DNA of 64,000 nucleotides from a virus: the IMG/VR virus record IMGVR_UViG_3300042557_001040, positions 23,970 to 87,969 of that record; one strand, 5' to 3'. Shown here in pieces: positions 9,400-20,600 of the stretch (the stretch's first letter is position 1; each line of letters starts with the position of its first letter). The notes below the pieces were generated by a model, which saw only the letters and a list, made by a program, of their open reading frames with translations, searched no databases and was not told where the DNA came from. Made by a program: the position numbers and the translations under genes.

Positions 9400-9801
9400 A
9401 TGAAACCATTAAGCAAAGAGTTCTTATTGAAGAGAGGATTTTGTTGCCACAATGGTTGTAAAAACTGTCCTTATATGACATTTAGAGACTATCAAGAAAA
9501 AGCTGTAGAGACAGCTGTTTATGGAAATGGAGACAAGATTATTTACCCAGCACTGGGACTGGCCAATGAGGCAGGAGAAGTGTTAGGGAAAATTAAAAAG
9601 GTTCTCAGAGACAATGAAGGAAGATTCACCACAGACAGGTGTGTTGCTATTGGTGATGAGATAGGAGATGTGCTTTGGTATATTGCAGCATTGGCTAAAG
9701 ATTTAGACCTATCTTTAGAAGACATTGCAAAAAACAATATTGAAAAACTATTAGACAGAAGAGCTAGGAATGTTATTCAAGGCTCAGGAGATAACCGTTA
9801 A
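9400..9801 (+). CDS. MazG-like NTP pyrophosphohydrolase with N-terminal Cys-rich (DUF5522-like) peptide
   Basis: RGFCCHNGCKNCPY followed by GLANEAGEV...DEIGDVLWY...NIEKL..R..GSGDNR. Confidence 0.85.
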   Translation: MKPLSKEFLLKRGFCCHNGCKNCPYMTFRDYQEKAVETAVYGNGDKIIYPALGLANEAGEVLGKIKKVLRDNEGRFTTDRCVAIGDEIGDVLWYIAALAKDLDLSLEDIAKNNIEKLLDRRARNVIQGSGDNR

Positions 9802-9811
9802 AAACAATTAT

Positions 9812-10009
9812 ATGATATGCATGCATTTTAAAAACTACATGTTAGGTATACAGTTTGAATTTTTAAGCCAATGGAGGTGTTTATTAGGAATTTTTTTTCA
9901 AAAAGGTTCAGAATTTATAAATAATGAAGAAAAACAATTTGCAGAAGTTTCAATAGGTATTATATTCTTTTATCTTCGAATTGCTAAATATGAAAAAGGG
10001 GGAAACTAA
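9812..10009 (+). CDS. hypothetical protein
   Basis: 65-aa aromatic-rich ORF ending in the terminator. Confidence 0.5.
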   Translation: MICMHFKNYMLGIQFEFLSQWRCLLGIFFQKGSEFINNEEKQFAEVSIGIIFFYLRIAKYEKGGN

Positions 10010-10022
10010 TCCCCCTTTTTTT
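9993..10022. terminator. bidirectional terminator between convergent modules
   Basis: AAAAAGGGGGA-AACTAA-TCCCCCTTTTT exactly at the strand switch. Confidence 0.9.
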
Positions 10023-13000
10023 ATTTAATATAGAATGATTTTACTTGATCATAACTATCCCATTTATTTAAAACATTTAAAGCTGGGATCACATCTTTCC
10101 ATTCTTTCCAAACTTTAAGATCACCTTTGTGTGTTCCTCTTTCATAATAATTTTTTTCATAAGGAGGTATTGGTAAACTTAAACTTTTTTCTACGGCTTG
10201 GCCAAAATCTTTTAAAGTTGTTAAAATAGCAAATGGAGATTTTGCAATCTGATATTGTTCTTCAATACCCACAAGCGGCATCATTGTAGAAATTTCTTTA
10301 ACTTGTCTACTTTGTTGATAAGCTAAGAAATTAAGCCATCTTTTTATAAATTTATCTTCTGGTGGAATACCATCTGCAATTCCACGAACAATCCCATACA
10401 ATGCAAAGCTTGCTGCAAGAAATGCAAGTTCAGCTAAGTTTTTATACATATTTTTTATTTGAACAGAATCCATGTCTTTCCATCCTGTTCTTAATTTTTC
10501 TATAAATGTGCCTTCTGCTTCTTTAACATACTTTAAAAAACTTAATACGGTTACGTACCTACCTTCAACTGTTCCTAAATTTTCATCTATATATCTTTCT
10601 TTAAATCTTGATTTGTAAGCAGGATAAATCCATTTATGAAATTGTGCAGCAAGTTGCCCTATCCAATGATCTTGTATAACCATTCGATCTTGAAAAGCAT
10701 AGTTACCGTGGATTTGTTTATTTACTTCTAAAATATAATTAATTAAATCATATCTTTCTTTATCTGACATTTCAAAACCATCTTTTAATTTTAACTCACC
10801 GGTATTTGGATTAAAATCAAAAGCATCATAGACACTTAAAGTTTCACCAGTTTTGGAATTTTTAAGTGTTCTTGTCATTGTTATAGCTACACCAGTCTTA
10901 CTTTGAACATTAAATTCACCACCTTCCTGTAAAAGATAAGCCCAACTCATAAAATCTACCTTACCCTGATCTTTTTGATAATGCCTCACCATTCTAAAAT
11001 ATTCAACTATAGCTTCATATTTACTTTTTGCTTTTTTTCCAATTTGATACCCATCACTGTGCTCACCCAATCCTCTAAATATATTTGGCAAATAATCTTT
11101 ATTATATTCCCCAACAGCTCTATTTGCAGCAGGTCTATCATAATATAAAGAACCCGCTGTTTCAATAGAATTGTTTATTCTACCCATTACATAGTTGTTT
11201 ATATTACCAAATATATTAAAACCTACACCTTTTAAAGATGTTAGATTTTGAATACGTTTAGAAATAAGAGCCATTGTTGTTCTGTTAAATTCCTCATTAT
11301 TATAATAAACCATTTTAAACCATTTATTAAGCCTTTTGATCGCAAATACATTTTCTTTTCTTTTTACAACAGCCTTTCCTTCACTTTCTTTATTTAATTT
11401 AGAACCTTTGCGTATAAGTTTATTACCTAATGAATCAATTTCATAATAGTCCCTGTCTTCCATTATTTTAGCAATAGCTTGTAAATCTGATTCTATATTG
11501 CTCATTATTTCAAAATTTTCAGCCATTGCTGCAAATTGAATAAGATTTTCTACCAAATCACCTTCAATTTCTTCCACCTTAATTTTACTTTCCTCTATCT
11601 TAATATACTCTTTAAGTTTATTTCTTTTTTCTAAAAATTCTTTTTGGGATATTTTACCTTCAAGTTTTTTTTGTTTAAAAGCTTCTAGCTCTTTTTTGAG
11701 ATATTCTACTCTTTTTTCATTTTGCAATTTACCAACATAAAGTATGGGAAGACCATTTTCAACTTGACCAAGTTCATCAACTATTCTTTGATTCGTGTAT
11801 ATTTCTGTACTAAAAAAATCTTTTAAAGATTTGGCTACAGCTTTAGTAAAACTACCTCCATTTTTTTTAAGTGTTTCCATAAACTTTCCTCTCACTCTTC
11901 CCACCTTTCCTCTTTGAGCAGAAGCTACATCCTGAGGAAGCTTTTCTAACTGATTCTGATACTCTTCCACCCAACCCTTATAAAAATTAGATTGAGCTTT
12001 TTCCTGTTCTGTAACAGGATTCATAAGTTTAACATATTTTGGATCTCTAAGATCAGTGCCATCTTCAGCAATATCTCTAATTTCAACAAATTCACTTTTT
12101 ACAAACCAATTTGTTTTAAGAGTAACTCTTCCTTGAAATGTTCCGTCAGATTCAAATTGAGGAGACCAATACGTTGCTTCATTAAAATACTTAAGTCTGA
12201 ATTGCTCATATTGTTCATCAGTTACGTCTTCTTTCTTTTCCCATTTATAAAACAGCTCACCATCTGGTTTACTATATGCAACTAAGTCTTGATACCTATC
12301 TCTTATTGTTTTAAAAAAGTCTGTATATTTATGATATTTTCCATCTTTAGCTCCTTGTGGACCTATTGTTTCAGCATTCATAAATTCTCTATATGCTGTT
12401 TTATCTCTAAAAAGAAGGATGTTAAATTGTAAATCTTCATCACTGGCTTTGGTGATATCTGTTATAGGAATGTATTGTTTTTTATCACCGTTTTTTTCTC
12501 GTAATGTATTTTTAATTTCATAATATTTATCATAATATTGACTACCCACTCTACTAACATACCTTCCCGTAAACTTGCCATTTTTAAAAACTTTCATAAA
12601 ATCATAAAAATCTTTAGTAGTTTTTTTAATACCAAAAGCCTTTAATAAATTATTACCAAGTTGAGCTATTTTAGAAGCCGTACTTTCTGAGTTATCTTTA
12701 GCTTTATTAACAGCTGCTTTATATATTTTATCTGCTATTGCAAGAAGAGTGTCTTTGCTTGTTGCAAGATCTCCAAGATAATAATCTTCAGCAGGAATAT
12801 CATAAACTTCCTTCATTATTTTATTAAGCTCGTCTTGTGTAAGATCTCTAGATGTATTGCTTTTTATAACATTTTTAACATAACTTTCTAAATTGTTATC
12901 AATGCTTTCTTTAACATCATCTAAAGTATCAATAAGTTTAACGAGCATAAGTTGTTGTTCTTTACTACCAACACCTTTAGCATTAATTATACCTCTATAT

Positions 13001-14589
13001 GATTCTATATACTTATCCACTTCAATAAGTAATGAGGCATAATTTGGTTTTTCCATATTTTTTGGATCAGATATTTCTTTATGATAATCAGTGATTTCTT
13101 GCATTGCATAATTTAAAAAAGCACCATAGGCAAGTGATGGTCTATCATTTCTAAGATCTGAACCCATCATTGCCATGAGTTCATTTATCTTATCAATCAT
13201 AACATCTTTTTCTATAAATGTTTTTCCTTTACGTATTTTTTCTAAATACTTTTTACGAGCTTCAAATGTGTTAATTACCTTTTTACTCTCATCATACATT
13301 TGAGTAAACTTATCATCCCCATATATTTCAATTTCTGGTTTACTATCTTCTTCACTTAAGAAATCAGGATCATTTACAGGATTATCGATTCCTAATTCTT
13401 TTTTGAGCTCATCAAGTCTATTTCTAGGTTCTAAATCTGTTGGTATAAGTTTATTTACATAAGTTTGATTCATACTAATAGAATGCTGTTCCTCACCCTC
13501 CCACTCAATATCTTTTATTTTTTTATCAACATCCAAATCTAACTTTAGATGTAAAGTGTGAAGTTCAACAACATCAAAACCTTTAAGCTCAATAAGTTTT
13601 TTATATGCCGCTAATTGAATACCATGTTGCTGTCTTGTAGATAAACTTTGCCCTTTAAAAACAGAACCTTCTGCATCATCTTTTATTAAATATTTTTTAT
13701 CATAATTTTCTGATTTAACACTATTTTTAGAAGCTTTTAAATCTACAATTTTTATTTTACCATCAGGTGTTATTACCAAAAGATCAAGTGAGCCAGCTAT
13801 TTTAGAATATTTATCACCAATTGCGGCCTGTGTTACTATAATAGAACCATCTTTAGTAAGCATATTTATATACACTTGAAATAGCCCATAAGCTGTTTTT
13901 AATTTATCATGAGGAATATTGTCAATGTCTTTTACAGCATCTTCAAATTTTTGACCAAGAATAACACCCTGTAAAAGTTTATCAAATGAAGTTCCATATT
14001 CTCTATTAATAGCAAACTCATCATTCATAAGCTTACCTTTGATACCGGTAGTAACAGAAGTGTAGGTTTCACCATCTTCATCTACATAAACATGTTCACT
14101 AGGTTCAAGAACTACAGGATTATCAGAATTTTCTATAAGATCGTTTACAATACGTTTTTGTAATGCGTTTCCTTTTTTACCAGCTTTATTAAGAAATTCT
14201 TTTCTTTCAGGGTCCAGTACAAATGCCACACTGGTACTAACAAACTTTTTTGTAGGATCATCTAACAAATCATTATTAAATATATTAGATTTGGGTTCAC
14301 CATTAGCATCAGCAAAACTGCCAAACATGCTATTTTTTTTAGTAAAGTATTCTTGATACTCTGAGCTATATGCAATACTCCATAAACCAACCGCTATTTC
14401 TTCTGGAGATTCATTAAGCAGTGTCCCATCATCAAGACGATTTTTTAAATAAGGAATTTGATCAAGGTATTTTTTTACACCTTTTTCTTTTACTTTATTA
14501 AGAAGTTCTTTATAAAGTATTGAATCTTCACCATTAGGGGCTAAAACCCTATCCACCTTACCATCTTTTCTATATAATTGACAGGCCAT
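10021..14589 (-). CDS. large virion cargo/ejection protein with PD-(D/E)XK nuclease domain
   Basis: 1522 aa downstream of the RNAP gene. SVTT, IAGSLDLL..IVDLK, QLAAY motifs, long helical body and a hydrophobic helix near the C-terminus. Confidence 0.75.
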   Translation of the reverse strand: MACQLYRKDGKVDRVLAPNGEDSILYKELLNKVKEKGVKKYLDQIPYLKNRLDDGTLLNESPEEIAVGLWSIAYSSEYQEYFTKKNSMFGSFADANGEPKSNIFNNDLLDDPTKKFVSTSVAFVLDPERKEFLNKAGKKGNALQKRIVNDLIENSDNPVVLEPSEHVYVDEDGETYTSVTTGIKGKLMNDEFAINREYGTSFDKLLQGVILGQKFEDAVKDIDNIPHDKLKTAYGLFQVYINMLTKDGSIIVTQAAIGDKYSKIAGSLDLLVITPDGKIKIVDLKASKNSVKSENYDKKYLIKDDAEGSVFKGQSLSTRQQHGIQLAAYKKLIELKGFDVVELHTLHLKLDLDVDKKIKDIEWEGEEQHSISMNQTYVNKLIPTDLEPRNRLDELKKELGIDNPVNDPDFLSEEDSKPEIEIYGDDKFTQMYDESKKVINTFEARKKYLEKIRKGKTFIEKDVMIDKINELMAMMGSDLRNDRPSLAYGAFLNYAMQEITDYHKEISDPKNMEKPNYASLLIEVDKYIESYRGIINAKGVGSKEQQLMLVKLIDTLDDVKESIDNNLESYVKNVIKSNTSRDLTQDELNKIMKEVYDIPAEDYYLGDLATSKDTLLAIADKIYKAAVNKAKDNSESTASKIAQLGNNLLKAFGIKKTTKDFYDFMKVFKNGKFTGRYVSRVGSQYYDKYYEIKNTLREKNGDKKQYIPITDITKASDEDLQFNILLFRDKTAYREFMNAETIGPQGAKDGKYHKYTDFFKTIRDRYQDLVAYSKPDGELFYKWEKKEDVTDEQYEQFRLKYFNEATYWSPQFESDGTFQGRVTLKTNWFVKSEFVEIRDIAEDGTDLRDPKYVKLMNPVTEQEKAQSNFYKGWVEEYQNQLEKLPQDVASAQRGKVGRVRGKFMETLKKNGGSFTKAVAKSLKDFFSTEIYTNQRIVDELGQVENGLPILYVGKLQNEKRVEYLKKELEAFKQKKLEGKISQKEFLEKRNKLKEYIKIEESKIKVEEIEGDLVENLIQFAAMAENFEIMSNIESDLQAIAKIMEDRDYYEIDSLGNKLIRKGSKLNKESEGKAVVKRKENVFAIKRLNKWFKMVYYNNEEFNRTTMALISKRIQNLTSLKGVGFNIFGNINNYVMGRINNSIETAGSLYYDRPAANRAVGEYNKDYLPNIFRGLGEHSDGYQIGKKAKSKYEAIVEYFRMVRHYQKDQGKVDFMSWAYLLQEGGEFNVQSKTGVAITMTRTLKNSKTGETLSVYDAFDFNPNTGELKLKDGFEMSDKERYDLINYILEVNKQIHGNYAFQDRMVIQDHWIGQLAAQFHKWIYPAYKSRFKERYIDENLGTVEGRYVTVLSFLKYVKEAEGTFIEKLRTGWKDMDSVQIKNMYKNLAELAFLAASFALYGIVRGIADGIPPEDKFIKRWLNFLAYQQSRQVKEISTMMPLVGIEEQYQIAKSPFAILTTLKDFGQAVEKSLSLPIPPYEKNYYERGTHKGDLKVWKEWKDVIPALNVLNKWDSYDQVKSFYIK

Positions 14590-14611
14590 TATTTATATTG
14601 ATTTAAAATTT

Positions 14612-17600
14612 TTAGGGTTGTGCGCATCTATCATTTAAAGGATTATCATCATCTAATTTTGTATCATCTGATTTGATACTACCAAATCCCATCAATCTTT
14701 CAAACTCTTTTCTTTTTTCCATATCCGTTATGCCAAGTTTTTCTTCTTTTGACCCAACTGCTGGTACATTTTTACTAGCTTGAGATGGTTTTTCATTATC
14801 ACCCATTCCTAATGCTGCAAGAAATCTATTTCTTAAAGCGGTATCCGTAACACCTAATTCTTTAGCTTTTTCTTCAGTAAGGTTTTCATCAACAATAGGC
14901 GTTTCTCCTAATGTTTCATTTCCTTTTATTTGAGGAGCTGATGATGTAATGTCATATCCTAACATATAAACTAATTGTCCTGGGGTTTTTACAGTTTTTT
15001 TCGCATCATCTGGTATAGCATCCCAGACATCACCTACAAATTTAAAGGATTTACTAGCGGTATCAAAAGTAAAAGTAATGCCTTCTCTAGCGAGTATTTC
15101 TTTTGGCGTACCAGTCACATTTTTAGTAGCAGCGGTTGCTATTTCTTTTTTTTGTGTAACAGATGTTTCTCCTGGTTTAACAAATCCTCTGTTAATCATC
15201 CACATCTCCTCTTTTTCAGGATCGCTAAAAGCTCTTTCATAATAAGGATTATAAGAAGAAGGATTGGTTGTAAGCTTTCTATATCTAGGAAGTTTAGCAG
15301 TATCAGGAATTGGGTCAAAAACCTCTCCTGCCTTAAAAGTTTTTGAAGAACCCTTTCTTTCTATTTTTTGGTATACAGCTTTTACACCAGAAGCAACAGT
15401 TTCCCCAGGTTGAATCATTCTTTTAGGGGAACCTTTAGGTTGTTTTTGTGCTTTAGTAACCGATTTAAGAACAAAGAAAGTGTTTTCAAAATATTTTTTT
15501 CCTTCTGGTTTTATACTTTGTTTTATAATATATGGAAAAACAACCTCACCTTTTTTATTAGTATAAAAACCTTTAGCCCTTAAAGAATCCATATTTTTAG
15601 CAAATCTTTTCTTTTCATCAGGTGAATACTTAAAACTATCTGCCTTGGCTTTAGCTGCCTCTTCTTCTTTTTTAATCCATTCTTTTTTTCCTTCTTCATC
15701 TAATTGAGAAAACTTTTCAGTTTCTTCAGCCAACATGGTATAATAATCAGCATCATCCATCCATGTTATTTCAGATTCTTCTTCTTCAGTGAAAGCCTTT
15801 TGTTTTTCTTTTATACGAGCACCATTGAAAATATCAATTTTTATTTTATCACCGTCTATTACAACAGATTTGGGTTCAAAGCCATCTACATTTTTATTTC
15901 CTACATCTTTGAACTTAGGTTCAGCAAATAGAGTCATACTTCTAACATAATATCCATTTCCAACATGCCTTGTATATATATGCATAAATTCATTAAACAA
16001 ATCATTAGCTGTTAACCCAAATACTTTTTTATACTCTTCATCTATATTTTTTGTTGTGACCATGTTTAATTTCAAAACATCATTAGCTATTCCTGTACTT
16101 TGCATCAAATCTGTAAACATAAAGTTAGGAATAAACTTAATAAAACTATTACTTCTAAACTGACCACCATCTTTTACCAACAGATAATTAAAAAGAGCAT
16201 TAGCCATGTCTCTACCGTTTCTACCATTGCCATCAAAATCAATATCAGATTGATAGATTTCTATAAAACTATCTCTTAATTTTTCTATTTGATATTCATT
16301 AAGTTTAGCCCAAGTGTTAGATTCTAGTTTATTAAATCCATCTTTATTTTTAGGATTGAGTCCAGCCTCTCCTTTAGCATTAACTATGGTGGTAGATATT
16401 ACATTTAAAAATCTTTTGGCAATATAGTTATTTGGAAGTTTTTGTCTAATCGTTCTAATAACATCCACTATATCAGAAAACTTGTCTCCTTTTGCTATAG
16501 CACCTTCATCATATATAAGGGCATTGGTCATTGTAGATAAAGTTCCTGCTCGCCCTCTATCAGCAAGAAATTTTCTATATGCTTTTATAGAAAGATAAGA
16601 AATCAAATCTCTTTTCAAATCTACATTAAATTTATCTTTAAGAGATGCTCTTACACTCAAGTTATCTTTTACAATATTTTCAATACGCTTAAACACACTT
16701 GTTCTTTCCAAGAACATGCTTTTGCTGAGATCATTAATTTGATCAGCTATTTTAATCCATTTAGAAATATAGTGAGATTGTTTAGATTCATCATAACCCA
16801 TGAATACTTGACGTAAATCAAATGGTGGAGGAGTTTTTCTACCTTCAGGTATAAATTTCTCAAAAGCATCATCATTTTGATTTCTTAAACCCAGTTTTTC
16901 TATTTTGTTATTAATACCATCATAGTCTTCCCAAGATGTACCAAGTCCTTTAACAAGCTTAAGTACTTGAGCAACATCAGAAAAGTATTTAGTTTGATTT
17001 GATATCCCTATAAAATCTTCTAATACAGAAGCCTGATATATAGCACTACTCCCATTATTTTTAATATTGGATACCATTATATCATCTGTAAGATCTTCTT
17101 TTACATAGTCATCTCCAGCTAATTTCTTATATTTTTCAAAAAGTTTTTTAGCCACTTGAGACTTGTATATTTTACTTTCCTCATTTGTTTTAATATTATT
17201 TGAAGCTATTTTGGTTAGTTCAAAATACTCTCTTACAGCAGGTTGTAACATTAAAAGAATAGAAGATTTTAAAGGAACACCTTGAGCTACCATATTAGAA
17301 ACATAACCAAGAGCCTCCATGTTAAGACCAAGTCTAGCAGCCAAACGTTCTTTAGCATTATCTGTCATAGCTGATACTAAAGTAGATATAATGTTTGTTA
17401 TACGATCTTCACCATCATATTTACCAGTGGCTGCATTATAACTATTAGAATGTGAATAACTATCAAATGTGTGACCATTTATTTTAATCTTATACATTTT
17501 AACCTTCTTGCCCTTAGCATCTTTAAAAGTGTCTCTAAGGTTAATCTTAAAGTTATTCAGTATGGCATAAGTAAGCATTGAGTTAACAGCCGCACCAATG

Positions 17601-20600
17601 TTTCTAGAACCTTCTTTATTATTTTTAAAAGCTTTGTATTTACCTATAATAGAATCAACATCAACTCCTCCTTCTGTAAGAATATTTTCTATTTCTGTTG
17701 GTAATACTTTTTGTCCATTTTCATTTTCTGTAGATAATAAATCAATAAGATTACCAGCTACATTTGGATCTAATAAATTGGTAAGAGCAGTTAAGGACGC
17801 AACTTCAAATGCTATAGATCTGCTTCCACCTGAAATAACATGTTCATTAGTAAGCATCAATAACTTCTGCTCTAAAATTCTATTATTAAGAACACCATTA
17901 TTAAGTTCTTTTTTACTTTTGGCATAATCTAAAACATTAGATGGAAGTTTTAAAGACCCAAGGGCCTGAGCTATAAGTTTTTGTTCTACACCGTCTAACT
18001 TTTTTACTAAATCTTTAAATTCATTTACCCATTTTTTACCCATATCAATAATAGCTTGACGTTCGTCCGCTGTTATTTTTCCACCAAGTTCTTCACTAAA
18101 ATAAACACTTTCAAATATTCTAAACTCATCTAAATCTTTTGTAAGTTTTTTATACTCTTTATATTTTTTAGATAGTTCTTGATATATAGGATTTGTTTCT
18201 TTTAATTCTTGAAGAACATCTCTAAATGCCTTGTTATTATTTGCATTCCAGCGTACATATTCTTCAAATTTTCCTTCTTTAGAAGTTTCTGTTCCATAAG
18301 GAAAACGTTGACCATCTTTTACATATGTATCATATATGTGCATATACAGTTTATCAATATCAAAGTCAGCACCAGATATTTCTATGAGTTCATGGGGAAA
18401 GATAGCAGTGGAACCATAATATGCTGGCATAAATCCAACAAGTCTAAGGGCTACAAAGCTATGTTTTGCCTGTGATGGGATACGTACACCAAACATTTTA
18501 GCTATGTGATCAGGAATAGGTTCACCTGGCTTTAAGTTAAAGTACTCAGCATAGTGAGCTGGCATAATAAACTCTGTATATCTACCTATAATTTTACCAT
18601 TCTTATCATATTCTGGTACGTTATGTCTAAGATCATCTACATAGATGTCTCCTTTTTTCATTTGCTCAAACTTGCGATCAATACTATTATTCCATCTTTT
18701 AGCATTCTTTATATATCTATTTGGATTTTGTTTAATAACTCTTTCATCTACCACTGTTCCAATAGGATTACCCTCTTCATCATAACGTCCAGTAAATATT
18801 TTAACTACTTGTTTACCGTAATTGGACATCAAGGCAACAGAGTGACCTGGAGTTTTTTCACTCATAACTCCTTTAGAAAAATAAGCTAAAAATAATTGAG
18901 TGTATTTGTCAAGAGTGATATTGTTGTTAAGATTATATTTAGGTTTTCCATCTTCTCCTAAAGAAAAGAAATCAATAAGTTGACTATCTGCTCCTGTAGA
19001 ACGTAATGTTTCTACAGCTCTTTTTTGAAACTTTTGAAGCTGTGGACTTATTTTACCTTGGTCCATAGACTTTCCTAGCTCTGAATAAGCACTGTCTATA
19101 TTAAAGATTTCATCTCTACTTCTTGTATAGTTATTTGTAACACGTTGGTCAACATCACTAAGATACATTTTTTTAATATCTCCAATTGTTAACTGACTAC
19201 CATCTTCTTTAGTGCTTCTACCCATAAAAGTAACAGGAGTAGAATCTTCTTGTTCAGAAAGTATAATCTGTTTGGCCTGACTGGGATCTGTAATTTGTAT
19301 TTTATTAGAAGGGTTAACCAACTGAAGTCTCCAATAATTTGTATCTTGCTTTACAAAATTTTCATCTTTAGCATTTTGAAATCCTAAACTATGATCAAAT
19401 ATATTTCTCTTAATACCCTTACTAGATTCTCTATCTCCAGCAAATACTACAGTATTATTATCTTTTTCAAACTTTTCCATTCTTTCCCTAAGTTCATGTA
19501 ACTCTTCAGAACCAGGAATAGCTACCCACTTACCATTTACTTTCATAGAAGTAAACTCTTTAGTAAGCATTACAGTGGATGTTTTAATATATTGAAGACC
19601 ATCAAAATAAACAAGCTTTTTAGAGTTAAACATTGCTTCCATATCTTTTAACCCACCTGAACCAAAAATTTCTTTTTCAGTGAGTTCTTGACCAGCTTCT
19701 AACTTATCAAGAATTTTAGCAATTGCCGGTGTAAGTTGACCTAAACCATGAAGAGTATATCTCATACTCTTTACAGTTTGATAAGATTGGGCATCTGCTT
19801 TATTTTTTAAACCACCAGCATAGTTAGCTTTAAATTTAGGACTTGTAAAAGTAAGCATGTAACTTTTAGTAAATGCTTCTGTAATACCAAGTTCAGGAGA
19901 TGTTACAACAGAATATAAACTGGGCCCACTACCATTAGCACCTCTAGCACGTTTAATAATATCAATTTCATCTTTAAATGCTTTAGCCTCATCACCATAC
20001 AGTATTTGATTAATAGATAATGTATTAATATAATCATTTATTAATATCTGACCAAGATTATGTCTGAGATTTCCTGGTTTAATGTTTAACAAATCATTTC
20101 TTCTTTCATCTATAACATCCTTACCATTTTCTTTTTTAGTAAAGCCTATCCTTAAAAAATCATCAACAAGATTATTTTGAATTTCTTCTTCATTACCTTC
20201 TTCAGATTTACTTACTGTAACAACACCAAGGTCATTGGCAAGTTTAACAAAATCTTCAATTTGTTTTTCCCAATATTCTTTAATTCTACTATTTATCTTA
20301 GTATTTTTAGAAGCAATATCAAAAGCATCATCTAAACTATCTTGTTCTAATTCATCAGCTAATTCTGTTCCTAGCATATTAGCCATCTTATAGAACTTTA
20401 AACCTCTTGGTTTTTTCTTATCTGTTCTTCTACCATCACCATCTACAGCATAATGATAACCTTGTATTTCACCATCTGGATATATGCCTGATTTTATTTC
20501 AGCTCTTACTTTCTTAATACGATTAAACTCTCTAACTACTTCTTTATTAATAATATTAATAGCCTCTTGACTTAAACTAACCTTCCCACTTGTTGTAGAA

